This document shows, piece by piece, positions 34,601 through 48,003 of a stretch of DNA of 64,000 bases. The stretch is taken from contig MNCI01003452.1 of assembly GCA_015680685.1 (NCBI GenBank), positions 185,142 to 249,141 on the forward strand, written 5' to 3'. The position numbers and the translations under genes are program-made. Position 1 is the first letter of the stretch; every line of letters starts with the position of its first letter. The notes under the pieces were generated by a model that was not told the origin of the DNA, ran no database searches, and saw only the letters and a list, made by a program, of their open reading frames with translations. This DNA comes from Gnetum montanum (lineage: Eukaryota > Plantae > Gnetophyta).

Positions 34601-37600
34601 GTTTGGCTCAATTTTGACTTGATTCTTGGAGATAACATGACCTAAGTAGACAATTTCTCTCTTCATAAAATGACATTTATTGGCATCAATCACCAATTAA
34701 GCTTTATGCAACTTAGAGCATACCATCTTCAATTGTTACACATGTCCATCTTCTTTAGAATTATAAACAAGAATATCATTAAAGAAAAGAATGCAACATT
34801 TGTTAATAAGATCTCTCAAAACAGCATGTATAAGCCTCATAAACGTGGCTGGAGCTTTGATTAGCTCAAAAGGTATGACATAGGGGTATCATTGCTGACC
34901 ATATAAAAATGACTTTCTTTTTCCTACCATACTAGTGCCATACCTTCAAGCTTAGTTTTAGCATATAACACCTTTTTGATGATCTTCAACCCTCTTCAAG
35001 CTCAAAATATTTATTCAACATTTTAAGCCAAGAAAGAAAAGATTAAGCACCTTCCATTCCATTGAAGGTTTTAACTTCAACATGAGGCAATCTAGAAGCA
35101 TGCTTAAATGCTTTAGCAAGAGTAAGTTCAATTCCTTCACTTGGATTCCCTTGAGGCTTTGAAGAAAGTTCTTTCTTCCCTTTTTTATTGGAAAGATGAA
35201 CTCTTAAGACTTGTTCTCAACACTTGGAGCATGGGGAATCTCTATATTTTGTTCATCATTCTCTCTGAAGTCTTCATTCTCAAAAGGAATGTCATCTTCA
35301 AGAGGAGACATGGATGAATGTCTTGATGAAACCCATGGTGAAGAAGCTTTTGAGTTATTCTCTTGCATAAATGCCTTTGGTGAAGAAGTTTGCCCTTTAT
35401 TCTCAACTAGTTTTTCAAGTTTTTTCGTAAGGTACTTAAAGCATTCTTCATGTCTTCCATGTCTTTGCTTAAAGCTTAAACTATCTTCTTCTTTGGAGCC
35501 ATGATGAAAATGACCTAAAAGGTTAAACTCATAAAGATGTACAAGAAGGTGTGAAAGATCAAGAATATTCAAAGGTAAAGAAATAAGGATTACACAAAAT
35601 TTAGTAGACATGAGTTCAAGATACTCAAACCCTAGCTAATGCAAGCAAATGAGTATCCAAATCTATAATTACTTTCTAGATTGTTAAAGATATGACCAAA
35701 TTATTGATCAAAGGAGTTTTCCAAGCCCTAAGAAGTATGTGAATGACAACAATTGAGAATTCGAACCAAAATGATGATATGAAGAGTGGTTCCTTGTATT
35801 TGAGATTTGGATTCTTTACTTGAATTGATTTGTCTTCAATTCTTTGTTCTAATACCAATTTGATGAGGAGCTCTCTTGGATTCCACAAATCAAGCTCACC
35901 CAAGTGCAAAGAACCAACACAAATTCTGAATTGAACAAGAAAAGGAAAATTAGACTTTATTCTTGCATAAAAGAAATGGATGCAATGTACAATCAGAAGC
36001 AAACACATTTCCAAGGATAAACAATCAATTAATCAAACCTTCACTCCCTCTCACAATACAAGTGAGATCATCAATGGATAATCACTCACTCATAATGCTC
36101 AAAGAGAATCTCTCTCTCTCTCTCTCAAAAAAGAAAAAAAGAAAAAGGCATTAGACTAGTATTAGGCTAACATTGACCCCCTTCTCTTGAGTCATCTTGG
36201 CCTCTTATATCTCTTAGAAGTGTCCCTTGATCTTCCCCAACTATTAAACTAGCTCAAAAATCACACCTTTTTTTTAAAAAATAAAAATCAAGTTAATTGA
36301 GACTATGAGTGATTGCAACTTGTACCTCCCTTGTAGCAGCCATCTTGCGACTAGACCACGACCTGTACCATGTTGCATTGGTAAAATTACAATATTTTTG
36401 GCTACTATTTGTTTGCCACTTGGGACCCGTTGTGACTAGCAATTTGAAGAATGCGATTCATTGTAACTCATAGTGGCTTGCAACTTGTCGCTCAACTTAA
36501 GAAATGCACAAAACATATAATTTGGAGTCATTGCCATAGACTGTTGATGAGTGGCGAGGTACCCCTACGTCCAACCATACAAATCACAAGCGTTTACACA
36601 CAATCCGATTAAATTTTGTGGATAGGACTAGTTGTGTATCTAAATCATTATGCTTTGATTACAATTTGCTATCTTCCCACTTGGACTAGTGGTAGCTTTG
36701 TCACGTATGGTTTAGTCCAAAGTGAGGCATATGATTGATGTTATCTAGCCCTATGCTGCTCCTAATGACAATAAAGAGGTAAATTAATTAAGCTAATTAA
36801 CAATGGAAAGCAAAATCTAGACTAGCTTATGAACGATGAGTGTCTGTTCCCAGCTTGCTGTACACATTCTGAACCCACGTATCCACTATTGGGATTACCA
36901 AGTGCTATGCTACTAGGCGAACCAAACAATAACGTTGTTGAGATTGCCAAGCGAATACGTATTTACGATTGAAACTGGTTGCACTCATTCCGCCAAGTCA
37001 TTAACATGCATGAAAATGTAAATATTAACTAAGTATATGAAAAGTAAATTGCATGGAAAGTAAATCTAATCTAAGTCAAAGTGCTGCAATGAATAAGAAT
37101 CAATCTCGATCTTATTGCCATTTATGGAATGTGTCTAGGTACATTGCCACTCGAATAAGACTTTGTACAATTGACTCAGATCCACATTTCGGGCACTCAT
37201 TGACGATTCTCTAAGATTACAGAATAAAACTACAAGAGTTCATCTACTCTCTTGAAAAACTTGTTCCCAAACCATGTGCCCAAGCGCTATATTTATAGGC
37301 CGACACAAAACTTGCGATATTGGATATCTAACATGGCATCTTGGGCCCCGATATCGGGTATCGAAGTTTTGATATTAGAGCTGACAAAAATTAACTTTTT
37401 ATTCAAAAAGATGTGACAACATGTGTCAAGGCATCTATGTTGATGCATCTACGTCGACATGGCTACGTCAACGCAGCCAATAGACATGACAACATGCATC
37501 AAGGCATCTGCGTTGAGGCATCTACTTCAACATGGCTGTGTCAACACAACCAACTGATGCTTCATCAATTGTGACTTGAAACTGCCTGCAAGGCTAGACT

Positions 37601-37768
37601 GCGTTTCACGATGACCTGTAGCGGCCTCATAGATGCCTACCCAGGCTAAAAACTATTCAAATGACCCAAAAAATAAATAAATTCAAGATCACAAATACAG
37701 ACATCTTATTACTCCTATAACATAATGAAGATGAGATTAACTCCAAGAGTAGGTTGATGTCCTTATCA
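31616..37768 (-). mobile_element. Internally deleted Ty3/gypsy element, probably CRM-like chromovirus
   Basis: LTR pair 31616-32450 and 35861-37768 (the latter interrupted by a solo LTR). tRNA-iMet-like PBS TGGTATTAGAAC (35857-35846); PPT AATGGTGAGGGGAA next to the left LTR. RH/IN fragments TDHKALQFL..SNVIADALS, VNRSL, YGFSP. Protease and most of RT missing; no TSD found. Confidence 0.8.
36545..37567 (-). mobile_element. Solo LTR of the Athila family (1,023 bp) inserted in the CRM-like LTR
   Basis: Minus-strand 3' end GTATGGTTGGACGTAGGGGTACCTCGCCACTCATCA matches the Athila-1 and -2 LTR ends. TGATGA termini; TSD actgt (36540-36544) / attgt (37568-37572). Confidence 0.88.
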
Positions 37769-39116
37769 TATTACATTGGAAAACACCTTTTTAGTTTTTC
37801 TAGTATTGAGACTTTTGCTTCTTGTTAAATGGTATGTTCGTATCATGTTTTGGCATTAGATCCCAGCTTTTCCACCTTTATTTAGCACGAATGCATAAAA
37901 CCATTATACGTAGAGGCAATTTGTTTATGTATTTTTTTTAATGAAACAGGTCGATTCATATTATATTAAGTACTAAAAATACAAAAATGGAAGGACAAAG
38001 CTCCCAGTTGCTAGGAAGACATAGCTACGCATAGTGTGGGCTGGGGAAGGGCCAGACATACATATGAGGGCATACTGGGAACCAATTTCTATACTCAAGG
38101 GGCTATCTAGTATTCCAAAGACTGATGTTACTTGGGTGGGTCAGCTGTGGTTGCGTTTCAAGGCTAAATGAGTCTCAGCCGGTGCAAGAGTCTTGGCATC
38201 AACTGGCGGAACATGTGCTTTTATTACATGATGTGCCAGTGAAATGTGATGCAATGATCAACTGTTTCTTAATCTTGTGTAGTTGCCTACTTGCCATTTA
38301 AGCAAAAGCTCTCCAACTTCATGATATATATTATTTCTGTTAAACAGATGCTTGGGATCTTTATAAGGATGTTATAAATGCTCGGTTTCGGTTTCAACTT
38401 GGTAGGTTGTCAACAAACTCTTACGGGAAATACAGTGTACTGAGTTGAGCAATTTCCCAAACCCATTTAGCTGTGTATAGTTTTGATTAGATGCCTCCAT
38501 CATAATGATACTGACAAAACGCCTACTAAGGTGTTGATTAGTTTCAGTACCTTATCTGCATGATGAAATAATGTCCTGCATTTAAGCATGGAACGTTGAA
38601 CTCTTTGCTGCAGAATAGTTTGCAGTCTTGTTGCTTCAATCTATGATCATCCGAGAATTTGTATAACTATCGCATATCATAAATTTAAGATAAAATCCCT
38701 TCAAGACTTGAAGCAAGAAAGAGAAATATTTACAAAATGATAAGAAAAGTTGTAAGAACAGTCATCTTATAATTCTAGCTATGTGAGCATCTATACTGTA
38801 TTAGCCTGCAAATTTTCCCTGCTAAAAAAAAGCTGCCTCATTTTTAATATATAGAATTGACTTTGTTTATTGCAGTGTTACTGGTTACTAGATAGGAAAT
38901 TATTTCAAATTTCCAATTATAACGCCAAATAGAAAGTTTGTTTGCCATGATTGTTTGTTAATAATCAGGTTCTTCATGTAGGAATTTTATTTTAATCACT
39001 TCAACTTTATACCGAGTTTCATTATTTCTGTTATTGTATTCATATTTTGAAATACATATATACAGAATTCAACATTATGTTTAGGTCACTGATCCTTAAC
39101 GTTAAATTTTTTGCAG

Positions 39117-39260
39117 ATTGAATCATTCACATTTTTTACACTCTTCATAAGTTCTTTAATAATGGGCATTGTGCTCAACTTTACTATGTTCCTTTGCACA
39201 ATTGTGAATTCTGCTTTGACGACAACAATTGTTGGAGTACTAAAGGGAGTGGGTTCAACG
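39117..39260 (+). CDS. UTR7: Penultimate exon of the UTR7-like transporter (true frame is not in the ORF track)
   Basis: 144 nt encoding IESFTFFTLFISSLIMGIVLNFTMFLCTIVNSALTTTIVGVLKGVGST, followed by a GTAAGT donor. Confidence 0.92.
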
Positions 39261-39394
39261 GTAAGTTAAATATCGTGTATGTTTCCTTTGGATATATTTT
39301 TATTGAAAATTTCAAAAATCCCATTGGCTTAACAATGAAACTGGTTATTTCTTTTGCTTTTTCATTAACATTGACTGAATTTAAAAAAATCCAG

Positions 39395-39580
39395 AGTTTG
39401 GGCTTTGTTTTGTTGGGAGGAGTGGAAGTGCATGCCTTGAACGTAACGGGCTTGATCATAAATACAATTGGTGGCGTTTGGTACTCCTTTGTTAAATACA
39501 GGGAAAAGAAAGACAAATCAAGAAAGCCCACTAAGGAACAGTCACTACTTGTAAGCTGGCATCCATCAATAAAATATTAA
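39395..39580 (+). CDS. UTR7: Last coding exon of the UTR7-like transporter
   Basis: ccAG acceptor at 39393-39394. Encodes SLGFVLLGGVEVHALNVTGLIINTIGGVWYSFVKYREKK...SIKY then TAA. Confidence 0.9.
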   Translation, partial: SLGFVLLGGVEVHALNVTGLIINTIGGVWYSFVKYREKKDKSRKPTKEQSLLVSWHPSIKY

Positions 39581-40472
39581 AATGCAGAGATTTGAATGTC
39601 TTTTTGTAAGCTTGGCATCCTTTACTGGGATAATCATATCATGTTCTCCTTTAAAGACTTCTAATAGCAGATTCAAAAATGAGGATCAGCAGATACAATA
39701 TTCAAAGTCTATATCCTCGATATGGAACATGATTAATGATATTCATGTTCTTTGTTTTAAAAAAAGTTACGGTTCGTTTGAGATCCAATAGTGAAATTGT
39801 ATATTTCGAGATGTTTTCTTTATGTGATTTCAAGAAAATATTTATTTAACACATCATGCTATGTGATTGGTAACAAGGTGTATTTTGTTGGCTGAGGTTT
39901 ATGAATTGCATCCTTCAAGTTACATCTTCAATATTTAATTTTAGTAAGTTACACTGATATAAAAGTATTATGCAAAACATAATGACTCAAATTAAACTTG
40001 ATATAACAGATACTTAATGGTCCATGCATACCCATAATAAATTTTTACTGTCAATGTCATAATGTTTATTAGCATACCCATAAAAATTGACAGTAAAAAT
40101 TTATTAGCATTTGCTTAGCATAATGTTGATTATCCAAATAGTTCAATGTCAATTTTTAGTGTGATGCATGTGGATCCATATCACTCAAGATGGCATTGTT
40201 TATTTCTTATTGCTTTTCACATGGAAAAGGTAGGATTGGACCCTACATATCAAACTTTTAATTCTTGTAACATGTCCAAGTTATCTAAAATGTTCTTCTT
40301 GTAGCTTATCTAAAATTGAGGCTACTCAGCATTTCTTTAATGTGTATTGTGCAATTTATCATGATCTTGGGCAATGCCCAAACTTTGTCTTTGATGCCTT
40401 TTCATTTCTCCATGGCCATTTAGTTGATTGTGCTTTCATGCTCTAAAGTCATGTACCAAAAGAAGGCTAGAA

Positions 40473-41020
40473 TGTAATAACGTTGTCCTTAACATGTTGT
40501 CCGACATCATGTGAGTTTCTCAAATAGGTTTAAAATAGGGATAGAACTCAAGAGGAATATGCCTCAATGCTCAACAATGAAACACATGTCAACAAATAAC
40601 TTGTTAATGTCAACATATAACTTGAGCGGTGCATATAAAACTCACATATGCAAACTAACAATATAAGCTAAATTAGTCACTCCCTTGCTTCACTCATGTG
40701 GACATCACTGGGACTACCAATTGAACCTTCCAAATTCATCAGTGTGCTGGTAGTTGGTGTTGTGCCCTTATGAGCATACACAATGTCCCATGATACATCT
40801 AGCTTAAACCTCAATGTAGAGTTGAACTATGCAACCCTCTTGGCCAAAGTCCTATCAAGTGGAGTATTGAGGAAGTCATAGTCCTCTCTTACTAGTGCAT
40901 AGAACTACCATGTCAGTATGGTTTTGAAGACATAAGGAGCAAATGACTCCTTGCATCCCCACGACTAATGAACCATGGAGGAGGTAGTAGGACTACATCA
41001 ACCCTACTACCTCTCTCACA
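40473..41020 (-). repeat. 3' LTR of the chromovirus (548 bp)
   Basis: Minus strand TGTGAGAGA...GGACAACGTTATTACA directly after the PPT; both termini resemble the LTR at 62924-63444. Confidence 0.7.
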
Positions 41021-41709
41021 ATCCTCCCTTGCTTAAAATGAACGATGACCTCAGAGCATAGCCTAGGTAACTCACGAGGTTGCTACATAATAATTGAATA
41101 AGGATTTCATCAATCCCAAGGTAGTAAATCATGCTACTTAGAATCATATTCAAAGGACCTTAGGTTTTAGAAGATCCAATTGCCAAGGTCAATGATATTA
41201 AAGCTCAATGTTGAACTCAACTTTCTTTCCAAGATTTGAATTTTGTGTAGCATTTGAAACCTAAGCCAAATACTATCATTCATGACTTGGTATGTCCGCC
41301 CTTTAGTGCCTTACCTAGGATGCAAAATTTATAGGAGGTCCATTAAGTAATTTGTTGCAGTGACGCAACAGGACCCATCGACCGATATAGCATAATGAGC
41401 CCAAAGCATCCCTTGAATCATTTTTTTCAAAGGTCTAGAGGTCTCAAGATCATCATAGTCTTATACCTATGTGAAACTCGAGCCCCTTTGCCTTTACAGC
41501 CCTTCCAAAGGCTCCAAGAATTCTCCAACATGAGATGGTCTTCCACAGGAATACATACATTGGCTTTCAAGAGTCAACCACATGTCATGCCTCTTTTGGC
41601 CCAACCAGTCCTCATTCTCTAGAAATTTTTTTGTAGGTACACTGTACAGGTGATTCCCTACCCATCACTAGAGTAGCCATGGTGGGAGATCAACTGCTTT
41701 CTCCCATTA

Positions 41710-41860
41710 AAAGTCTTGGATTAAGTGTTCTTGGAGCCTTAAATGCGCCAACAACTTTCAAATGTCATTTGAGTCAGGATGGTATTTCTAGTAGACCAAA
41801 AATTCCACTTTCATGTTAGAATTGTGTCTAGTGGTCATGAAGTTTCTAATGCAATCTACT
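41710..41860 (-). pseudogene. Chromodomain at the integrase C-terminus
   Basis: KVEFLVY*KYHPDSNDI*KLLAHL...LIQDF; both stops sit at conserved Trp positions (TGG>TAG and TGG>TGA). Confidence 0.75.
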
Positions 41861-44269
41861 CTCTTGCCTTGTATAGATTGGATACTAGGCTACTCTCGAA
41901 TGAAGAGGCTTCTTTTTAAATAAGGAAACCCATTATGTAAGGGCTTCAGTATGCTAACATGAAAAACTAGATGGACCTAGTTCATATTAATAGGTAGCTA
42001 AAGTTTGTAAGTTATAGGGTTAACCTTATCAATGATCTAGAAGGGTCCATCATACTATCACATTACTTTGGATGTGGTTCCTTTGGTTTAAATTGATGAG
42101 GGTTCAATTTCAGAAGGATCCAACCTCCAACCTCAAATTCATGGGGCTGGTACTTATAGTCTAAATACTTTTTATGTGTCACACAATCCTCTTTAGACAA
42201 TCCCTTACAACCTCAACATTTTTCTAATCATACTCTCAAAAACTCATCAACTAAAGGGTGTTGACCTTGTAAGGTGGGGGAAACCATATGCAGGGTAATG
42301 GGCTACCTCCCCATTACTAATTCCACTAGAGAAAACCATGTATCTAAGGACCTTTGGATGTTATAGCTCAATTGTGCAATTCTCAATGGAATAGGATAGT
42401 TCTTTTGGTCATTATGGACATAATGCTGGAGGTACCCCTCAAGTACTTGATTCATATGCTCCATTTGTCCATTTGTTTGTGGGTAGAAATTGGTAGATAG
42501 CTTGAGGGTGGTTCCCATCATGCAAAACAAGGCTTGTCAAAAAGGCACTTGTAACCTTGGGGGTTAAAATCAATACTATGCTCATTGGTAGCCCAAAATA
42601 TCTAACCATCCTATCAAAGAAATATGTTGTCGTGTCCTCTGCTAAACATTGAGCTAGATAGGGGATAAATATGATGAACTTAGAAAACATTTCTAGCACA
42701 ATAGTGATGCTACTTAGTCCTTGCATATTTAGTAGGCCTATGATAAAGTCTATGGCTACTATAGCCCATGGATATGATGGGATTTTAAGAGGGAGTAGAA
42801 GTCCACCAAGACACTCAGTAGGCCTCTTTTCATCTTGGTACACTAAATACTTTTGTGTGTAGGCAATCATATTTTGATATATTTTAGGCGAAAAAAAGGT
42901 TCTCTCGATGAGTGCCAAAGTTCTCTACTAACTAGGGTACCTAGTCGATGATGTATCATGGCACTCATATAATCTTCTTGTTGAGGCCATCCCAATCTAG
43001 AACACAAATTTGATTGTATCAAAACTAGAGTAGTTTCAACCCTCATCTTAAAATGAGGTGCTCATTGATGAATCGTAATTCATCAGGTTGTGATATCAGA
43101 CCCCCGATATTGAAGCCTTGACATCAGGTACACGATATTGTAGCCAGGTCGCAATATCGGATACGTGATATCGTGACTCCTATGTGGACCTATAAATACA
43201 CATGTAGGCACATGGGAAAGGAGTCAGTTTTTTAGCAGTTTTGGATCAGTTTTAGGAGTCAGTTTAGTTATAATCTTTTTGTTATTTTTTTCTCTCAACC
43301 CTTTCTCCCAATGCATGCCTGCAGTGTCATGATTGTAATTGTACGACATCCTTTATTCGAGTGTGATTTACTTGGACATGCACATGACCAAAAATAAAGA
43401 TTGAGATTACTTCATCATTGTAGCATCCACTTAGTTTAATTATTTACTTGTTGTTTTTGTAGTTAATATCTCTTTACCCTAAACTCCTTAAACGCGGAAT
43501 GAGTACAACTTGATCACGAGCATCTACGTGTGACTACTTGGCATCCCAGTAGCATACTTGGGCCATGCGCTTGTTAATCCCAATGGTAGTCGTGCACGAG
43601 GCCTAAGATGTATACGAATGATTAAGGAATGGATGCTTATCGCACTTAGGCTAGCTTAGATTCTCTCTCCCTATCTTTTATTAGTTTAACTCTCTCTCCC
43701 CTTTCCTCCTAGATTAATTAAAGATTACTTTCCATTGTCTCTAGGAGCAGCATTATTTTAGGAACACATCATACACCTCACTCTAGACTAAACCATACGT
43801 GACAAAGCAAATACTAGTCTAGGTGGAAAGACAACAAACTACGATCAATGAGTAACTATCTAGATACGACAACTAGCCCATCAAGGGAGTTCGACCAGAT
43901 TGTGTGTGAAACACTCATATTTGTATGGTTGAGTGTAGGGGTACTTCGCCACTCATCATTGGCGCTGTTGCTAGGGATGGTGCTAGTTATTTAGATTAGT
44001 TACATTATACAAGATCGCTGTAACAAAGTATTCACAATACATCTTTTAGAAACGAAATTAATTTCAATTAAGTCACACACAAATTCACACATAATGTCCC
44101 TCTCACAAGACTATGATAACGCAACAACTAGTAAGGCAATTCATTGGAGAACCAAAGAATTATATGATGAAGAAGATGAAGATTGAAGTACCCAATCTAA
44201 TGTAGGGGTTTCCTATGAACATAAACAAAGACAACATCATCCCAACATATGAATGCATAACCTACCCAG

Positions 44270-45240
44270 TGATGATGAACCCCTATTGGCCACTACAAGA
44301 CTAACGCAAATACAAGAGGCTATTCGGATATCCTGTAGATATCGCAAAGAGAGCCGTCTACCTAGGCTCGATTTAAACAACTTTCCTAAGTTTTCAGGAG
44401 GATATGATTAGATCCGTAACATCATCTACAAGTCTTCCATGATGCTTGTGCATGGAACAACATTGATAATGGATGGAAAAAACTTAAGATCTTTCCTATG
44501 ACACTCATCGGCCATGCAAAAGTATGGTATAGGTCATTAAAACCAAAATCAATCTGACGTTGGCCAACAATGGTAGAACTCTTCAACGAAAGATATCAAA
44601 CTTATGCAAGAGTGTTAGCCTTGAGGAGACAAATCCAAGAATGGAAACAAGAGCAACATGAATCCTTGGGCATGGCCTTAGAAAGATATTATGCATTGTT
44701 AAACAACTGCCTAGGCCATGAGTTCTCTAAGGAAAGGCTAATGTACCATATCATAGATGGGCTCTGTAATGAAACAAGGGAAACCTTAGGGATGTATGCC
44801 CAAGGCAAACTATATCAACTATGGACCCACCAATTTCAAGATCTTATCAAGTAGGTAGCAAAAGAAGAAGGAGAAATAACTAAATGAGAGAATGTTGAAA
44901 AATCTCAATAGGCCCAAAAATCAACAAGGGCCCATGATTATGAAGAGGAGAAATCAATGCACCACAAGGAGGTGGAACCATCTTTGCCAGTACTACAATC
45001 TTTGGATGAAATTGAGGCAAAGATCAATAAGATGATGGAATGGATGCTTAAAAAATGTGGAGAATATGCCAACATTATTGGAGATAGAGTCATGATGAAC
45101 CAAGAAGTAGGACAAAATACCCTTAGACAATCAGAAAGAAGGGTTGAAAAGAATAAGAACTTAACTGTCGATCATATGTATCAATGTAACATTTGCTTGT
45201 ATGATCACCCTAAGGGCCAATGCCCAATCTTGTAACATTT
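44270..45240 (+). pseudogene. Athila-2 gag
   Basis: MVELFNERYQTYARVLALRRQIQEWKQ...HIIDGL...TLGMYAQGKL aligns with Athila-1 gag; knuckle CNICLYDHPKGQCP. Confidence 0.9.
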
Positions 45241-48003
45241 ACATGAGCATTGGGGAAGAATGTTACATCCAGAGTTCATGCAAAAATGCTGTGTTCAATC
45301 ACAGTGGCAACAATCCCAGTCATGGGTAAGGCCATCCCTAAACTGGTTACACCCTTCGTACAATCCGAACCTAGGTGCTTATCAAGTTCAACATCCTATT
45401 TCTCCAACTAGGTCAACATCCTCTATCTCACCATACTATTATTATTCTTCTTAATACTATCAACATGTATCCTCTCTAATAGGACCACCACCTTGTGTAC
45501 ATTACACTTCTCCTCAATTTCAACATTCTGATCCTTCACCTCCTTCTACATCACCACCAAGTGTTCTAGAGGGTTTTGCACCACAACACCAACCCACGAA
45601 TGTTACTTGAGCTACTACTGACAACAACAGTGGGGAATCTCCTCAACACTAAAGACAACCCTTCTTTAGGCATGACCGTAAGAAGGGACAACACAATTCT
45701 GAGCCCACTGTACCTTCCAACCTAGCACAAGTGTAACACTGTGGTGTAGCTCCCTCCTCGAACCTAATGCCTCATGTTACTTTCTCTGGGCCACCAACCA
45801 CCACTCCAACAACCATGGAGCCCAATGAATATAACCATCAAGGGAGAAAGATTGATCCTTGCATACCATCTTACAATCAAGGATGTCATAGTGGGTCAAC
45901 CACTCATCAATTAACTAGATCTTATAAATTACCCCACTATGCTTACTATAATCAAGTGTGTGAAGCCCAATGGGGTAAGTATGATCAAGTCCCAATATTT
46001 CCAACATGCAAGAATCCCAACCTTCCATTTATTAATTCTAGCCATGCTCAACCGTTTAGTTATGGGGGGTATCTCCCATTCTAACAACAACAGAATTAAT
46101 AAATGTTTTCCTTTTCTTTAATTTTACATTTTTCTTTGTTTTCCAGTTTTTCATCTTTTAGTTTATTGTTTTGTCTTTTTGTCTTTTTTCCATTTTATGA
46201 GTAATCTCATCTATGAATAAAACACTCATGTGGCTCATTGGTTGAGGTGTTGTTCTATGCTATCAAGTCTCAGGTGATTAATTATTTGAACAGCAAGCCC
46301 AGAACATTCACTTCCTCATTTTATTAATAAGAGGTTTCACTTTGGGTACAATGATATCCATAATCATTAAAAATTAAAGTAATTTTGTACTCATTATGCC
46401 CAGAGTGAAGAATGATGGACCAAAAAGGAATGACCAGGGTGTGACATCAAGGGGACTTGTGGATTCTCTTTGGTGGCATCTGTAAGAGTTATCATGTAGC
46501 TTGGTCATACTAAGATCCTTGTAGATTTAACAAAAAATGGAAGTAAGAGTAATCAAAAGGCACTCAACCAGAAAAAAAATAATGCTATTCTAGGGGGTCC
46601 CACTGGAAAGACATGCACCCATGCTCGAAGGTAGGTGACTTCTCTGAATTAAGCAATACTTCAAAAAAAAAAAAACATGTGTGCCGCAAAGCAAAAATCA
46701 CTCCTCCCTTGGATGAAATGCCAAGTGATCATACGCCTTGCTGTCATGGTGCTCTTATGGTTGTCCATCATGGGAAGAAGCAATGTGATGTCATTAATCA
46801 AAAGAATGGACTTGGTCTTGATTTTGAAGTGATGGGTAAATGACACACTAATCATGCCTTACACGTATGATTCATTGTACCTTGAGTTAGTTACCTCATG
46901 TCCCAATCTTTGCAATCCCTTCTACGATTTGCCTCACCTCACTGTTCGTGTAATTGTGAATTGTGACTTGGGTAGCATGGGATTCATATCTCATCACGGT
47001 GATATCTACATGTGTGTGTTTTGTGAGATCAGTGTGGATTACATTTAACCCTTCTAGTGCCTATGAACATTTGAAGGTGTGGTTATGCAAGGGCACTATA
47101 GGTTGGAACCTGCTTTGGGGAGGACCCACTTGCGTAACCCTTGTAATTTGCACCTGTAACACATCTCCCACACATTATCTTATACCCTTTAAGTATTACC
47201 AATGTTCTACTTTCCCTTTCATCCTTCTGGTTCAAACGTTCCTATGAGCTAACACATGTCCTTTTTCCTCCTACTCTTCATGATTTTCATTATTAGATTT
47301 TACACCATTATACTCTTTGTGCCTTCAGGACTAGTTTGTATTACCTTGGATCCCTTTACATTGACCTACACGTCCTTAGTTTATACCTTGGAGTTTCAAT
47401 TTTTTTTAAATTTTTCAAGTACCCTATTTTTGATAGGACCCAATATTGGGTCCCTGCTAGTGGGTACGTGATATCGCATCCTTAAAATCTATATATATGG
47501 ACCCCCNNNNNNNNNNNNNGTCAACATCATTTGCAACTATTCATGTGGGGGGAGTTTTTCAAATTTTCTTCTACGACTTGCGATTGTGCATATCTTATTT
47601 CGATAACCATAACTCGCTTGCTAGTACTCCGATTTTCATTTCATTTGAACCTACTTGAACTTGGAGTGTTTAGCTTAGTCGTGGGGGAGGGGTACATGCT
47701 GAATTGCGTATAATTTTTTTTTGAAATTCGTCATCGCTTGAAGGACACTATCAAGGGTAATTAGTTATAAAAATAATATACATGTGTCAAAAACAATTTC
47801 ATCTGCTTATCTATACCAAGAAATTAAAATTTGAAGCCACCTAAGCAAAGTGGACCAAATATTAAACTCTTTTGGGGACATTTCCATAAAAATTCCTAAC
47901 TTTAAAATCACATGGAATCAGAACAAATTCATTAAGCTAGGAAGTAAGGTATAACTTAACTTTGGTAAGAAAACTTACTAATGATTGGCCCGTGTGATTG
48001 CAG

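Larger units (their letters stand above)
1959..39116 (+). other. Giant (37,158 bp) TE-filled GT-AG intron of the UTR7-like gene
   Basis: Exon ending ...LLHK at 1958 joins in phase 0 to the exon starting IESFTFF at 39117 (ttttttgcAG), giving a collinear transporter protein. Confidence 0.85.

Noticed and set aside
37410-37560. Short tandem units resembling a repeat-spacer array
   Set aside because: They are imperfect U3 sub-repeats inside a plant LTR with no unique spacers; not CRISPR.
31611-37773. TSD for the CRM-like element
   Set aside because: Flanks agaga and tatta do not match, and the first bases of the left LTR diverge, so the outer boundary is uncertain.
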